NCBI GenBank assembly: GCA_030665785.1
Contig: DAOUZA010000002.1
Coordinates: forward strand, 1-57,122
Origin: Dehalococcoidia bacterium
GTDB lineage: Bacteria > Chloroflexota > Dehalococcoidia > GIF9 > AB-539-J10
Reading direction: 5' to 3'
Length of the DNA stretch: 57,122 nt
Shown: piece after piece, positions 28,751 to 37,113 of the stretch
How positions within the stretch are numbered: the stretch's first letter is position 1
How the letters are laid out: each line of letters begins with the position of its first letter
The notes under the pieces: model-generated
What the model was told of the DNA's origin: nothing
Seen by the model: the letters and a program-made list of their open reading frames with translations, nothing else
The model's database searches: none
Position numbers and translations under genes: made by a program

Positions 28751-29770
28751 TCATGTCTTCACCCGTCTTTTAGATGTGTCGATGCCAAGTAGTTTCCCGA
28801 GATTCTCACCAAAGATCTTCCGCCTGTCATCATCGGTTATCTCCGGATAGCCGTATTGCTCCTGCACGTCCTTGGGGATCTGGAAATCCCGCAGTCCCAT
28901 CACGGCACCCCTTATCTGAGCTGCAAACCCGGCATAATCAGTACCCCATATAATCCTATCAGGGCCCACCCACCGCATGGCTTCACCAAGGATCTTTGCA
29001 AACTTGCGGGGTGCTGTTGCTGCCCACGGAACCAGCAGGCTGAGGCAGACGTATACATTGGGATGCCCCATGGCGACCATGTTGAGGTCATCACAGTAGG
29101 GGTATCCCATGTGGAAGGCATTAATCTTTAATTCAGGAAAATCTCTGGCAACATCGTCAAGCTGAATCGGCAGGGCATACTTGCTCTTCCCAGGCGGCAC
29201 CCAGCAGAAACCAGTGTGAATATCCAGCAATATTCTCAATTCCTGGGCCTTCTCGTAGAAGGGCCAGATATCCGGGTCATTTATATAGGTATCCTCAGGT
29301 GGGTAGAACTTGAAGATCTTTGCACCCTTTTCTTTTACCCAGTACTCGAGTTCCCAGATGGTATTTTTCACGCCCTTGTATTTTATTGGGGAAACATTGG
29401 GCTCATATATGAATCGATTGGGATTTGATTCAACCACCTTTGCCATTTCACCGTTTGACACCCATCGGCTGGTGTACCCTGTGGAGTCCATCATCGATTC
29501 GGGTAAAAGACAGGCGATATCCACTCCGTATTTGTCCATCGCCCATATAATATTTTCCGGATCCGGATTTTTCTGCATTTCCTTCTCTTCCATTCCCGCG
29601 ATTAAAGGAGCCAGCATTTGCGGAGGAGCACCGGTCATCAGCGCTCTGGCTATGTTATCGATTGCTTTCCACCACATCTGCACGCCGGGAAAATAATTGA
29701 TGTGTTCCATATCACCTATGAGATGACACTCCGGGTCAATCTTGAAAAAATCGTCTTTCTTCTCTGTCAC
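28751..29770 (-). CDS. Amidohydrolase_2-type metal-dependent TIM-barrel hydrolase/decarboxylase family protein
   Basis: Motifs LLDIHTGF, NAFHMGYP and IIWGTDY. I prefer GTG at 29770 (AGGAGGTG plus 5 nt) to the track ATG at 29809. Confidence 0.7.
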   Translation of the reverse strand: MTEKKDDFFKIDPECHLIGDMEHINYFPGVQMWWKAIDNIARALMTGAPPQMLAPLIAGMEEKEMQKNPDPENIIWAMDKYGVDIACLLPESMMDSTGYTSRWVSNGEMAKVVESNPNRFIYEPNVSPIKYKGVKNTIWELEYWVKEKGAKIFKFYPPEDTYINDPDIWPFYEKAQELRILLDIHTGFCWVPPGKSKYALPIQLDDVARDFPELKINAFHMGYPYCDDLNMVAMGHPNVYVCLSLLVPWAATAPRKFAKILGEAMRWVGPDRIIWGTDYAGFAAQIRGAVMGLRDFQIPKDVQEQYGYPEITDDDRRKIFGENLGKLLGIDTSKRRVKT

Positions 29771-29989
29771 TTTTGCACCTCCTCTTAATAGTATATTGCA
29801 CAGTATCAAACAATGAAACCTGAGGTTGTTCGCTTGGTGTTAGCCCTTTACCTCAGCTTCAGCCCCGTTTTGACGATACCAGCATAGGAAATCACTTCAT
29901 AAGATTAACCATAGCCACATCACTAGCCAAGTGGAAATGGACGAACAGAAATTGCAAGGTATGGCAGCGCACTAACGGAAAAAGCTGAA

Positions 29990-30493
29990 TTAGATTATTG
30001 GATGTTCGAAGGTTTGGTTATCTTGCGAAGTTATTTTCCATAGTTTGTCGGGGGTTTCTACATGGTCGATATATAGAACGCCATTGAGATGGTCCGTTTC
30101 GTGCTCCAAAGCTTGCGCCAAAAGTTCCTCGCCTGTGAGACGAAATTCCTTTCCTCGTCTATTCTGCGCCTTCACCTTGACCACTTCTGAGCGTTTAATT
30201 TCCCCATAATAACCAGGAACGCTTAAGCAAGCTTCTTCGACCACACGCTCGCCCCGCCTCCTTATTACCTCAGGGTTAATCAAAGTGATGACCTCCCTTT
30301 CGGGGATTTCGATGACCGCTATGCGCAGCGACACCCCTATTTGAGGAGCAGCTAACCCTACACCATGGACAGCATGCATAGTATCAATCATGTCATCAAT
30401 TAACTTCTGAAGCGAGCCATTGATAGTAGTTACCCTCTTTGCCTTTTGCCGCAATACCGGGGCAGGCAGGGTGCGAACCTTTAAAACTGCCAT
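29990..30493 (-). CDS. def: Peptide deformylase
   Basis: Motifs GVGLAAPQIG, EACLSVPG and HETDHLNG. Confidence 0.95.
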   Translation of the reverse strand: MAVLKVRTLPAPVLRQKAKRVTTINGSLQKLIDDMIDTMHAVHGVGLAAPQIGVSLRIAVIEIPEREVITLINPEVIRRRGERVVEEACLSVPGYYGEIKRSEVVKVKAQNRRGKEFRLTGEELLAQALEHETDHLNGVLYIDHVETPDKLWKITSQDNQTFEHPII

Positions 30494-30529
30494 GCCTGAA
30501 TTATAACCCAGCTTTTTTACACCGTAAAG

Positions 30530-32938
30530 CTAGACCATCCCTACAGGGTCAACATCCACAGTCCAGCCCTGGGGTAAAGTTATATTTAATAAAGCTTGAG
30601 CAGGATTAGAACCACGAATGATAATCTGCCAGCGATATCTCCCCCTAACTCTGGAAGCAAAAGCAGGGATGGGACCAATTAAGTTCCAATCAGGCATCTT
30701 CTCCCGTTTCTTCTCCAAGAGCAAACTACTCACCCTATCCGCCTCTTCCTGACACAATTTACCATTGGTATGAGTATAAACAAGGCGAATGAACCGACTG
30801 AAAGGAGGATAGCTATATTGCTGCCGGTAATTTATTTCTTGATTATAGAAACCCACATAATCGTGTTTGGCTGCAGCTCGAACAGCATAGTTCTCTGGAG
30901 AATATGTTTGAACGATAACTCTTCCCGCCTTAACTCCACGTCCAGCCCTACCAGCTACCTGACAAAGAAGCTGGAAGGTGCGTTCACCAGCACGAAAATC
31001 AGGAAAGTTAAGTCCGGTATCAGCGTTAATTATTCCCGCCAGAGTTACCCAGGGCAAATCTAGCCCCTTGGCTATCATCTGTGTGCCAATAAGTATATCA
31101 GCCTTACGCTCACGAAAAGTCCTTAATAGTTCCTCATGCGCATATTTCTTCGTTATTACATCCCTATCCCAACGAAGCACCGTTGCCTTTGGGAAAAATC
31201 GCTTCACTTCATCTTCCACCCTCTGCGTGCCGATGCCAAGAAACCTGAGGCGAGACCCTAAACAATTTGGACAATTTCGGGGAATTGGCAAAGCATAGTG
31301 ACAACGATGGCAAACTAACTTTCTCTCCATTGAATGATAGGTAAGCGCTATTGAACAACGTGGACAGCGAAAAACAAACCCACAACGACGGCACTGGATA
31401 AAAGTAGCTGTGCCACGCCGGTTAAGGAAAAGGATTATTTGTTCTCCTTGAACCAAAGCTTCTCTCATCGCACTTAGCAAAGAACGGCTAAACATACTGG
31501 TATTTCCTACTTTAAGTTCCTCTTTTAAGTCCACTATGTTTACTTCAGGAAGTGGTGAATAACCATGAGGAGTAATTCTTTCCTTCAGTTCCACTAGTTG
31601 ATATTGTCCCAACTGTGCTCTGTGAAAGCTATCAACATCGGGGGTGGCACTGCCTAAGATAACGGTAGCACCACTCAATTCTGCCAATTTAACAGCTACA
31701 TCTCGGGCATGATAGCGAGGTGATTTATCTTCCTGCTTGTATGTCCATTCATGCTCCTCATCAATAATGATGAGTCCAAGGTTCGGTTGAGGAGCAAATA
31801 AAGCGCTTCGAGGACCAATAACCACATCGCATTCTCCCTCCTTTATTCGCTGCCATTCATCAAATTGCTCACCTAAAGAAAGGGCACTATGCAATACCGC
31901 TACTTGACCTGGGAAACGGCTAGCAAAGCGTTCTACTGTCTGCGCAGTGAGGGCAATTTCGGGGACAAGACAAATACCACGCTTGCCTTCAGTGACGATT
32001 TTAGCCAGAGTACGCAGGTAAATCTCTGTCTTTCCACTCCCGGTAACTCCGAAAAGGAGAAAAACAGGTGATTTGCCCCAATTATGCTCTATTATGCTCC
32101 GGGCAACTTCCTGGGATGAGGTAAGAAGTGGCGGTGACATTGGCTTGATATCGAAATGCGACAGTGGGTCACGTCTAACATTAACCAACTCCACAGAAAA
32201 CAAGTGCCGAGCTTCCAGAACCTTGACCGTTTTAAGCGAGCAACTAACTCTCTTCCTTACCTCGCTAATGGGAAGTGGCTCGGGATGCTCAGTCAGAAAT
32301 TGTAACAATGCAACCTGCTTATAGGCTCTGGTTTTTTTTAGCCGAGCTATTTCAGCCGCAATATTGTCCTTGCTGGCAATGAGCTTAATATAAGGAATTA
32401 CCTTTGGTTTTACCCTCGCCTTTTGCAATTCTGAAAACCTGACTACCAGACTAAGATTAGCAAGCCTGTCAGTGATTCGCCTAGCCTTACTTACCCCAAA
32501 TTTTCGCTCCAATTCCTTGAGGCTTACCCTTCTCTTCTCCTCCACAAAGTGAAAAACATGAGCTTGGTCTGGAGTAAGCGATGATAAATTACTTTGATCA
32601 CCTGATAGACGGAGGTAAGTGGCGAGTTTGCGTTCAAAGCCTGGTGGCAGCATTAGAGCTATGGCATCAAATAAAGGGGAAAGATAATGCCTGCTTATCC
32701 ATTGGGCAAGCTGGATTTGAGTGGGGGAAAGCAAAGGGTAACCAGTAGTAACATCAACTATCTCCTTAACCACATCAACAGAAGGAGCCTCACTCAGCCT
32801 CACAACAATGCCTTGAACAGTTCGGGGACCAAAAGGAACCCAGATTGCCTGACCCACATCCACTTTTAAATGAGCCGGAATGGCATAACAAAAAGGGGAG
32901 TAGCTTGGACAGTCAACTGCTACATGGGCATAGCTCAT
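30530..32938 (-). CDS. priA: Primosomal replication-restart helicase PriA
   Basis: Walker A GVTGSGKT, DEEHE box and Cys-rich zinc insert (CRRCG...CPRC...CHRC...CPNC). Confidence 0.9.
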   Translation of the reverse strand: MSYAHVAVDCPSYSPFCYAIPAHLKVDVGQAIWVPFGPRTVQGIVVRLSEAPSVDVVKEIVDVTTGYPLLSPTQIQLAQWISRHYLSPLFDAIALMLPPGFERKLATYLRLSGDQSNLSSLTPDQAHVFHFVEEKRRVSLKELERKFGVSKARRITDRLANLSLVVRFSELQKARVKPKVIPYIKLIASKDNIAAEIARLKKTRAYKQVALLQFLTEHPEPLPISEVRKRVSCSLKTVKVLEARHLFSVELVNVRRDPLSHFDIKPMSPPLLTSSQEVARSIIEHNWGKSPVFLLFGVTGSGKTEIYLRTLAKIVTEGKRGICLVPEIALTAQTVERFASRFPGQVAVLHSALSLGEQFDEWQRIKEGECDVVIGPRSALFAPQPNLGLIIIDEEHEWTYKQEDKSPRYHARDVAVKLAELSGATVILGSATPDVDSFHRAQLGQYQLVELKERITPHGYSPLPEVNIVDLKEELKVGNTSMFSRSLLSAMREALVQGEQIILFLNRRGTATFIQCRRCGFVFRCPRCSIALTYHSMERKLVCHRCHYALPIPRNCPNCLGSRLRFLGIGTQRVEDEVKRFFPKATVLRWDRDVITKKYAHEELLRTFRERKADILIGTQMIAKGLDLPWVTLAGIINADTGLNFPDFRAGERTFQLLCQVAGRAGRGVKAGRVIVQTYSPENYAVRAAAKHDYVGFYNQEINYRQQYSYPPFSRFIRLVYTHTNGKLCQEEADRVSSLLLEKKREKMPDWNLIGPIPAFASRVRGRYRWQIIIRGSNPAQALLNITLPQGWTVDVDPVGMV

Positions 32939-33295
32939 TTAAGGTGCTTGAATTTTCTCTTGTCTCTCTGCTAATCGAGCCTGTTTAGCACTAAGTTTCC
33001 GTATGTAATAAAGCTTGGCGCGACGCACCTTACCATGCTTGAGCACCTCTACACGTTGTATAAGCGGAGATTGCAAGGGAAAAGTACATTCCACTCCAAC
33101 CCCGTAACTTACTCGCCTCACCGTAAAATTGCCGCCATCAACACCTTTCCTCAGCCTGAGTATTACTCCCTGAAATTGTTGAACTCGCTCCTTACCAACA
33201 TCTATCACCCTTAATTTAACCTTCACCGTATCACCAGGGGAAAGTTGAGGGATATTTGAGTTTACACTTGGCTTAACTACCGATTTGATATCCAC
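32939..33295 (-). CDS. rplS: 50S ribosomal protein L19
   Basis: FRPGDTV-like motif (LSPGDTVKV), RVQQFQGVIL, and the trmD-rplS order. Confidence 0.95.
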   Translation of the reverse strand: MDIKSVVKPSVNSNIPQLSPGDTVKVKLRVIDVGKERVQQFQGVILRLRKGVDGGNFTVRRVSYGVGVECTFPLQSPLIQRVEVLKHGKVRRAKLYYIRKLSAKQARLAERQEKIQAP

Positions 33296-33297
33296 TT

Positions 33298-34002
33298 TTA
33301 CTCCTTAGCAGATAAATTTGCTTGTTTAGCAAGATCAGGACGGCGCTTCAGAGTCCGCAAGATAGCCTGCTGCCGTCGCCACCGAGCAATCTCTCCATGG
33401 TTTCCAGAAAGCAAAACCGCAGGCACCGCCCAACCTCGATATACTTCAGGCCTCGTATATTGAGGATATTCCAGAAGTCCGTTGCTATGAGAGTCACTAT
33501 GAAACGATAGCGGTGATCCCAGCACTCCCGGTATTAATCTAACTACAGCATCAACAACAACCATGGCAGCTAATTCTCCGCCACTGAGCACATAATCACC
33601 AATGCTAATTTCATCGGTAATCAGATGTTCCCGCACTCTTTCATCCACACCTTCATAATGACCACAAACTAGCATCATATTTTGATGTAGGGCTAACTCT
33701 CTAGCAACCTGTTGCGTGAAAAGCCTACCTTGGGGCGTAAGTAAAATAATTGGCAAACCACTGTAATCAACCTGCTTTTTTATTGATTCCATTGCTTCAA
33801 AAATTGGTTCGGGTTTGAGCACCATTCCCGGACCACCCCCATAGGCATAATCATCCACGGTGCGATGTTTGTCATGCGTGTAGTCCCGAATATTATGAAC
33901 TACAACCTCCACTAATCCACGCTCTCTAGCCCGCTTAATAATACTACAATCAAACGGCGATATAAACATCTCAGGGAAAAGACATAATATATCAATTCTC
34001 AT
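33298..34002 (-). CDS. trmD: tRNA (guanine37-N1)-methyltransferase
   Basis: Motifs [22 protein letters not shown] and [11 protein letters not shown]. Confidence 0.95.
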   Translation of the reverse strand: MRIDILCLFPEMFISPFDCSIIKRARERGLVEVVVHNIRDYTHDKHRTVDDYAYGGGPGMVLKPEPIFEAMESIKKQVDYSGLPIILLTPQGRLFTQQVARELALHQNMMLVCGHYEGVDERVREHLITDEISIGDYVLSGGELAAMVVVDAVVRLIPGVLGSPLSFHSDSHSNGLLEYPQYTRPEVYRGWAVPAVLLSGNHGEIARWRRQQAILRTLKRRPDLAKQANLSAKE

Positions 34003-34139
34003 TTCCGCTGTTTTATCTTATCACATATCCATTCAACAGAACCATTTCTTTATTTTCCAGGGTTGTGTGCTTTTCGAGAATAACTTCAAACATCCTCCGT
34101 GCAAAAATGAGAAAATTAGCCAAAAAGATGAAAAAGGTA

Positions 34140-34170
34140 TTGACAAAGTAATGGGGGGGGAATGTATAAT
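34140..34170 (+). promoter_or_regulatory. Promoter of the division (mraZ) operon
   Basis: TTGACA (34140-34145), a 19-nt spacer containing G8, then TATAAT (34165-34170). Confidence 0.5.
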
Positions 34171-34200
34171 GATTGTGGGAGATTGTGGCAGATTGTGGGG
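34171..34200 (+). promoter_or_regulatory. Three tandem 10-bp repeats, GATTGTGGGA GATTGTGGCA GATTGTGGGG: candidate MraZ operator
   Basis: Three GTGG(G/C) cores at exact 10-bp phasing start immediately after the -10 hexamer. This matches the published logic of MraZ boxes (phased TGGGN or GTG repeats in the mraZ promoter). Confidence 0.55.
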
Positions 34201-34222
34201 AATAATCCAGGAGGAGGCCATT

Positions 34223-34492
34223 ATGAAGGTAGTTGAAGTAAAACCATCCACCTTTCTAGAACCATCCACCTTTCTAGAACCATCCACTTATACTTTTATA
34301 GAACAGAGAGTCCTACTTTTTTGCACCAAGCATCCCAAAATGAAGTTTACCCCCGAATGCCTTTTAAATGACCATGAAGGAGATAAACTTGAGCTAGATC
34401 TAGATAAAGAGATACAAGCCCTGGTAAATAATGGAATTCTCGAAAAGCAAATAAGCGATGTAGGTACTGCTTGGTATTACCTGCTAAATTAA
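34223..34492 (+). CDS. Hypothetical 89-aa protein, possibly winged-helix-like, first cistron of the mraZ operon
   Basis: ATG lies 5 nt after GGAGGAGG. The stop TAA at 34490-34492 is followed 1 nt later by the mraZ ATG. Translation: MKVVEVKPSTFLEPSTFLEPSTYTFIEQRVLLFCTKHPKMKFTPECLL...GILEKQISDVGTAWYYLLN. The longer track ORF (start 34067) would swallow the promoter. Confidence 0.5.
   Translation: MKVVEVKPSTFLEPSTFLEPSTYTFIEQRVLLFCTKHPKMKFTPECLLNDHEGDKLELDLDKEIQALVNNGILEKQISDVGTAWYYLLN
34244..34287 (+). repeat. 18-bp in-frame tandem repeat, 2.4 copies (CCATCCACCTTTCTAGAA)
   Basis: Two perfect copies plus an 8-nt partial copy. It encodes PSTFLE-PSTFLE-PST. Confidence 0.9.
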
Positions 34493-34493
34493 C

Positions 34494-34934
34494 ATGAAAG
34501 AAAGTCTCTTCTACAGTACATATCGGTATAAGGTTGACGAAAAGGGAAGGATGCCCCTGCCCCGAAAGTTCAGGGAGCAGCTAAAGGATTTAAAAGGTGG
34601 CAAGTTAGCCAAGGGGATAGATAAATGCATCGTCATTTACCCTTTAGGGGAATGGATAAAACAAGTAGATGAGCTAGAAAAAGCAGTAAGGCCCTCAGAT
34701 ATACAAAGAAAGTTAAGACGCCTTTTCAGCGCCAGCATTTTTGACTTTGGCTTCGATGGACAAGGAAGGATAGCACTCCCCGTGGAGCTACGCAACTACG
34801 CTGAAATTACCGATAGTGCTGTCGTTATCGGTGCTGCGAAATATGTGGAAATCTGGAATCCGGAACTTTGGGAAGAGCAAATGAGCGAGTGGGGACAACT
34901 AGATACACTTTGGAACATGAAGGAGAGTAAGTGA
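34494..34934 (+). CDS. mraZ: Transcriptional regulator MraZ
   Basis: Two SpoVT/AbrB-like halves with DEKGRMPLPRKFR and DGQGRIALPVELR. Confidence 0.9.
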   Translation: MKESLFYSTYRYKVDEKGRMPLPRKFREQLKDLKGGKLAKGIDKCIVIYPLGEWIKQVDELEKAVRPSDIQRKLRRLFSASIFDFGFDGQGRIALPVELRNYAEITDSAVVIGAAKYVEIWNPELWEEQMSEWGQLDTLWNMKESK

Positions 34935-35833
34935 TAGCCTTGGATATTCCCTCACCTACTCATATCCCTGTCCTGGTTAACCAAATAATAACAGGACTTC
35001 AACCTCAGCCAGGGGGACATTTCATCGATTGCACCGTGGGGTTGGGAGGACATGCTTCAGCAATCCTAGAGAGGATTTTACCTAATGGGAAACTCCTCGG
35101 CATTGATGCCGACCCCGAGGCTATCCATCTAACCAATGCCAAACTGGCACATTACGGTGAGGCCCTCATCCTGGTTAACGACAACTTCACTAATGTTGAG
35201 AATATTTGCAAGGAATATGACTTTCATCCCGTTGATGGTATCCTGTTCGACCTTGGTGTTTCTTCCTTGCAGCTGGATACCGCACAACGTGGCTTTAGTT
35301 TTCAACGCGAGGCGCCTCTGGACATGCGTTTCAACACCAACCAAGGGTTAACCGCAGCTGATTTGGTTAATACCCTCTATGAACAAGAATTAGCGCGGAT
35401 TCTTCGAGAATATGGTGAAGAGCACCATAGCCGAAAAATAGCCCAATGCATTGTCCAGAACCGCCCCATTCACACTACCTTGAAACTTGCTCGGGTAGTA
35501 AAGCAAGTTCTGGGTGGCAAGCATGCCAGAATTCATCCTGCCACCAGGACTTTCATGGCACTTCGGATTGCTGTTAACAGTGAGTTAGAAAATCTGGAGA
35601 CAGCTCTTGGACAAACCATCAACCTCCTTCGCCCTGAAGGTAGGTTAGTAGTCATCAGCTATCATTCTCTGGAAGATCGCATAGTCAAACGATTCATGCG
35701 CCAGGAATCCAGCACTGAAACACCTACCTTAAGGCTCATATCAAGGAAGGTCATTAGGCCTACTTCGTTGGAGATAAAATCCAACCCACGCAGTCGCAGC
35801 GCTAAATTAAGGGTAGCCGAGCGACTCAGCTGA
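34931..35833 (+). CDS. rsmH: 16S rRNA (cytosine1402-N4)-methyltransferase
   Basis: Motifs HIPVL, DCTVGLGGHA, DLGVSSLQLD and SYHSLEDRIVK. Confidence 0.9.
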   Translation: MIALDIPSPTHIPVLVNQIITGLQPQPGGHFIDCTVGLGGHASAILERILPNGKLLGIDADPEAIHLTNAKLAHYGEALILVNDNFTNVENICKEYDFHPVDGILFDLGVSSLQLDTAQRGFSFQREAPLDMRFNTNQGLTAADLVNTLYEQELARILREYGEEHHSRKIAQCIVQNRPIHTTLKLARVVKQVLGGKHARIHPATRTFMALRIAVNSELENLETALGQTINLLRPEGRLVVISYHSLEDRIVKRFMRQESSTETPTLRLISRKVIRPTSLEIKSNPRSRSAKLRVAERLS

Positions 35834-35862
35834 TACAGGAAGAATCTCAAAAAACAAAGGAG

Positions 35863-37089
35863 GTGAAAATGGCAAGAACGAAGGTCATTTCAGCTATTGA
35901 TGTAGGCACAACTAAAATAGCCACCATTATGGCTAACGCTAAAGCAGAAAATGACATCGAAATCCTAGGAGTGGGAGTCGTTCCTTCCCATGGTTTACAC
36001 AAAGGTATAGTAGTTAACATGGATGAAGCTAGGGGATCCATCGCTGCTTCAGTGAGAGATGCTGAAAGAATTAGCGGTATACGCATGGATTCTGCCTATA
36101 TCGGTGTTACTGGTAGGCACATAAGCTGCCTGAACAATCAGGGAGTGGTATCCATTCCACGCTCTGACCGACTAGTGCGTCCTGAAGATCTTAAACGCGC
36201 GTTATCGGTAGCCCGCAGCGTTTTCGTCCCTGAAGGAAAGAAATTGCTCCATGCTATCCCTCGCTATTATGCCCTGGATGGACAAGAGGGAGTAAAGCAA
36301 CCTGTAGGCATGCATGGGACCAGGCTTGATGTGGAAACACATATCATCACTGCCTCAGCAACCGCAGTGCAAAACTTGGTTAAATGTGTCCGCAGCACCG
36401 GTATCGAGGTTGAAGACCTGATTCTAGAGCCACTGGCCAGCAGTGAAGCTGTGTTAACACAAGAGGAAAGAGAGGCTGGCGTGATAATGGCTGACATTGG
36501 TGGTGGCACAACAGATATAGCAGTATTTAAGGGTGGTAATATTTATCACACCGCTATCATTCCGGTAGCTGGGTACCAAGTAACCAGTGATATATCGATT
36601 GGATTGGGCTTACCTTTCAGCATTGCTGAAAAAATGAAGAAGAGCTATGGTAATGTCACCCCAGACTTGGAGATTGACCAAGAAGATCAAGTAGGCATCG
36701 AAAATGGTCATAGTGCTTCTTATCGTGACCTGTGCGATGTCATCCGCTCCCGTATGGAAGAATTACTTCAACTCATCCTACTGGAAATGCCTGCCACCGA
36801 TTATCGGTCACTAGCGCCATTCGGGCTTGTGCTCACCGGTGGAACTGCCAATTTAGCCGGGCTTGAGGAATTAGGACGTTCACTGCTGCGAATGCCTGTG
36901 CGCATAGGGCGCCCTGTTAATTCGGGAATCTATGGCATCTCTGATATTTTACATGATTCGGCCTACGCCACTACCCTTGGACTGGTCCTGTGGCCGATTA
37001 ATGGGAAAGAGGGAGCTGCCTTCCGAGTGAAAAGGGCTGGAATCTTGGGTGGCTTCGTGAGTCTTATCAGAAGAATACTCCGCAGCTAA
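35863..37089 (+). CDS. ftsA: Cell division protein FtsA
   Basis: Actin-fold motifs AIDVGTTKI, DIGGGTTDIAV and LTGGTANLAGL. Confidence 0.9.
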   Translation: MKMARTKVISAIDVGTTKIATIMANAKAENDIEILGVGVVPSHGLHKGIVVNMDEARGSIAASVRDAERISGIRMDSAYIGVTGRHISCLNNQGVVSIPRSDRLVRPEDLKRALSVARSVFVPEGKKLLHAIPRYYALDGQEGVKQPVGMHGTRLDVETHIITASATAVQNLVKCVRSTGIEVEDLILEPLASSEAVLTQEEREAGVIMADIGGGTTDIAVFKGGNIYHTAIIPVAGYQVTSDISIGLGLPFSIAEKMKKSYGNVTPDLEIDQEDQVGIENGHSASYRDLCDVIRSRMEELLQLILLEMPATDYRSLAPFGLVLTGGTANLAGLEELGRSLLRMPVRIGRPVNSGIYGISDILHDSAYATTLGLVLWPINGKEGAAFRVKRAGILGGFVSLIRRILRS

Positions 37090-37113
37090 CAATGAATTAG
37101 AAAGGAGGTTAAA

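Noticed and set aside
34033-34287. Minus-strand 84-aa ORF, and the long version (start 34067) of the plus-strand ORF in the trmD/mraZ divergent region
   Set aside because: Both would run through the promoter, the G8 tract and the 10-bp repeat array. The minus ORF merely mirrors the 18-bp tandem repeat. The shorter SD-preceded ORF at 34223..34492 is the coherent call.
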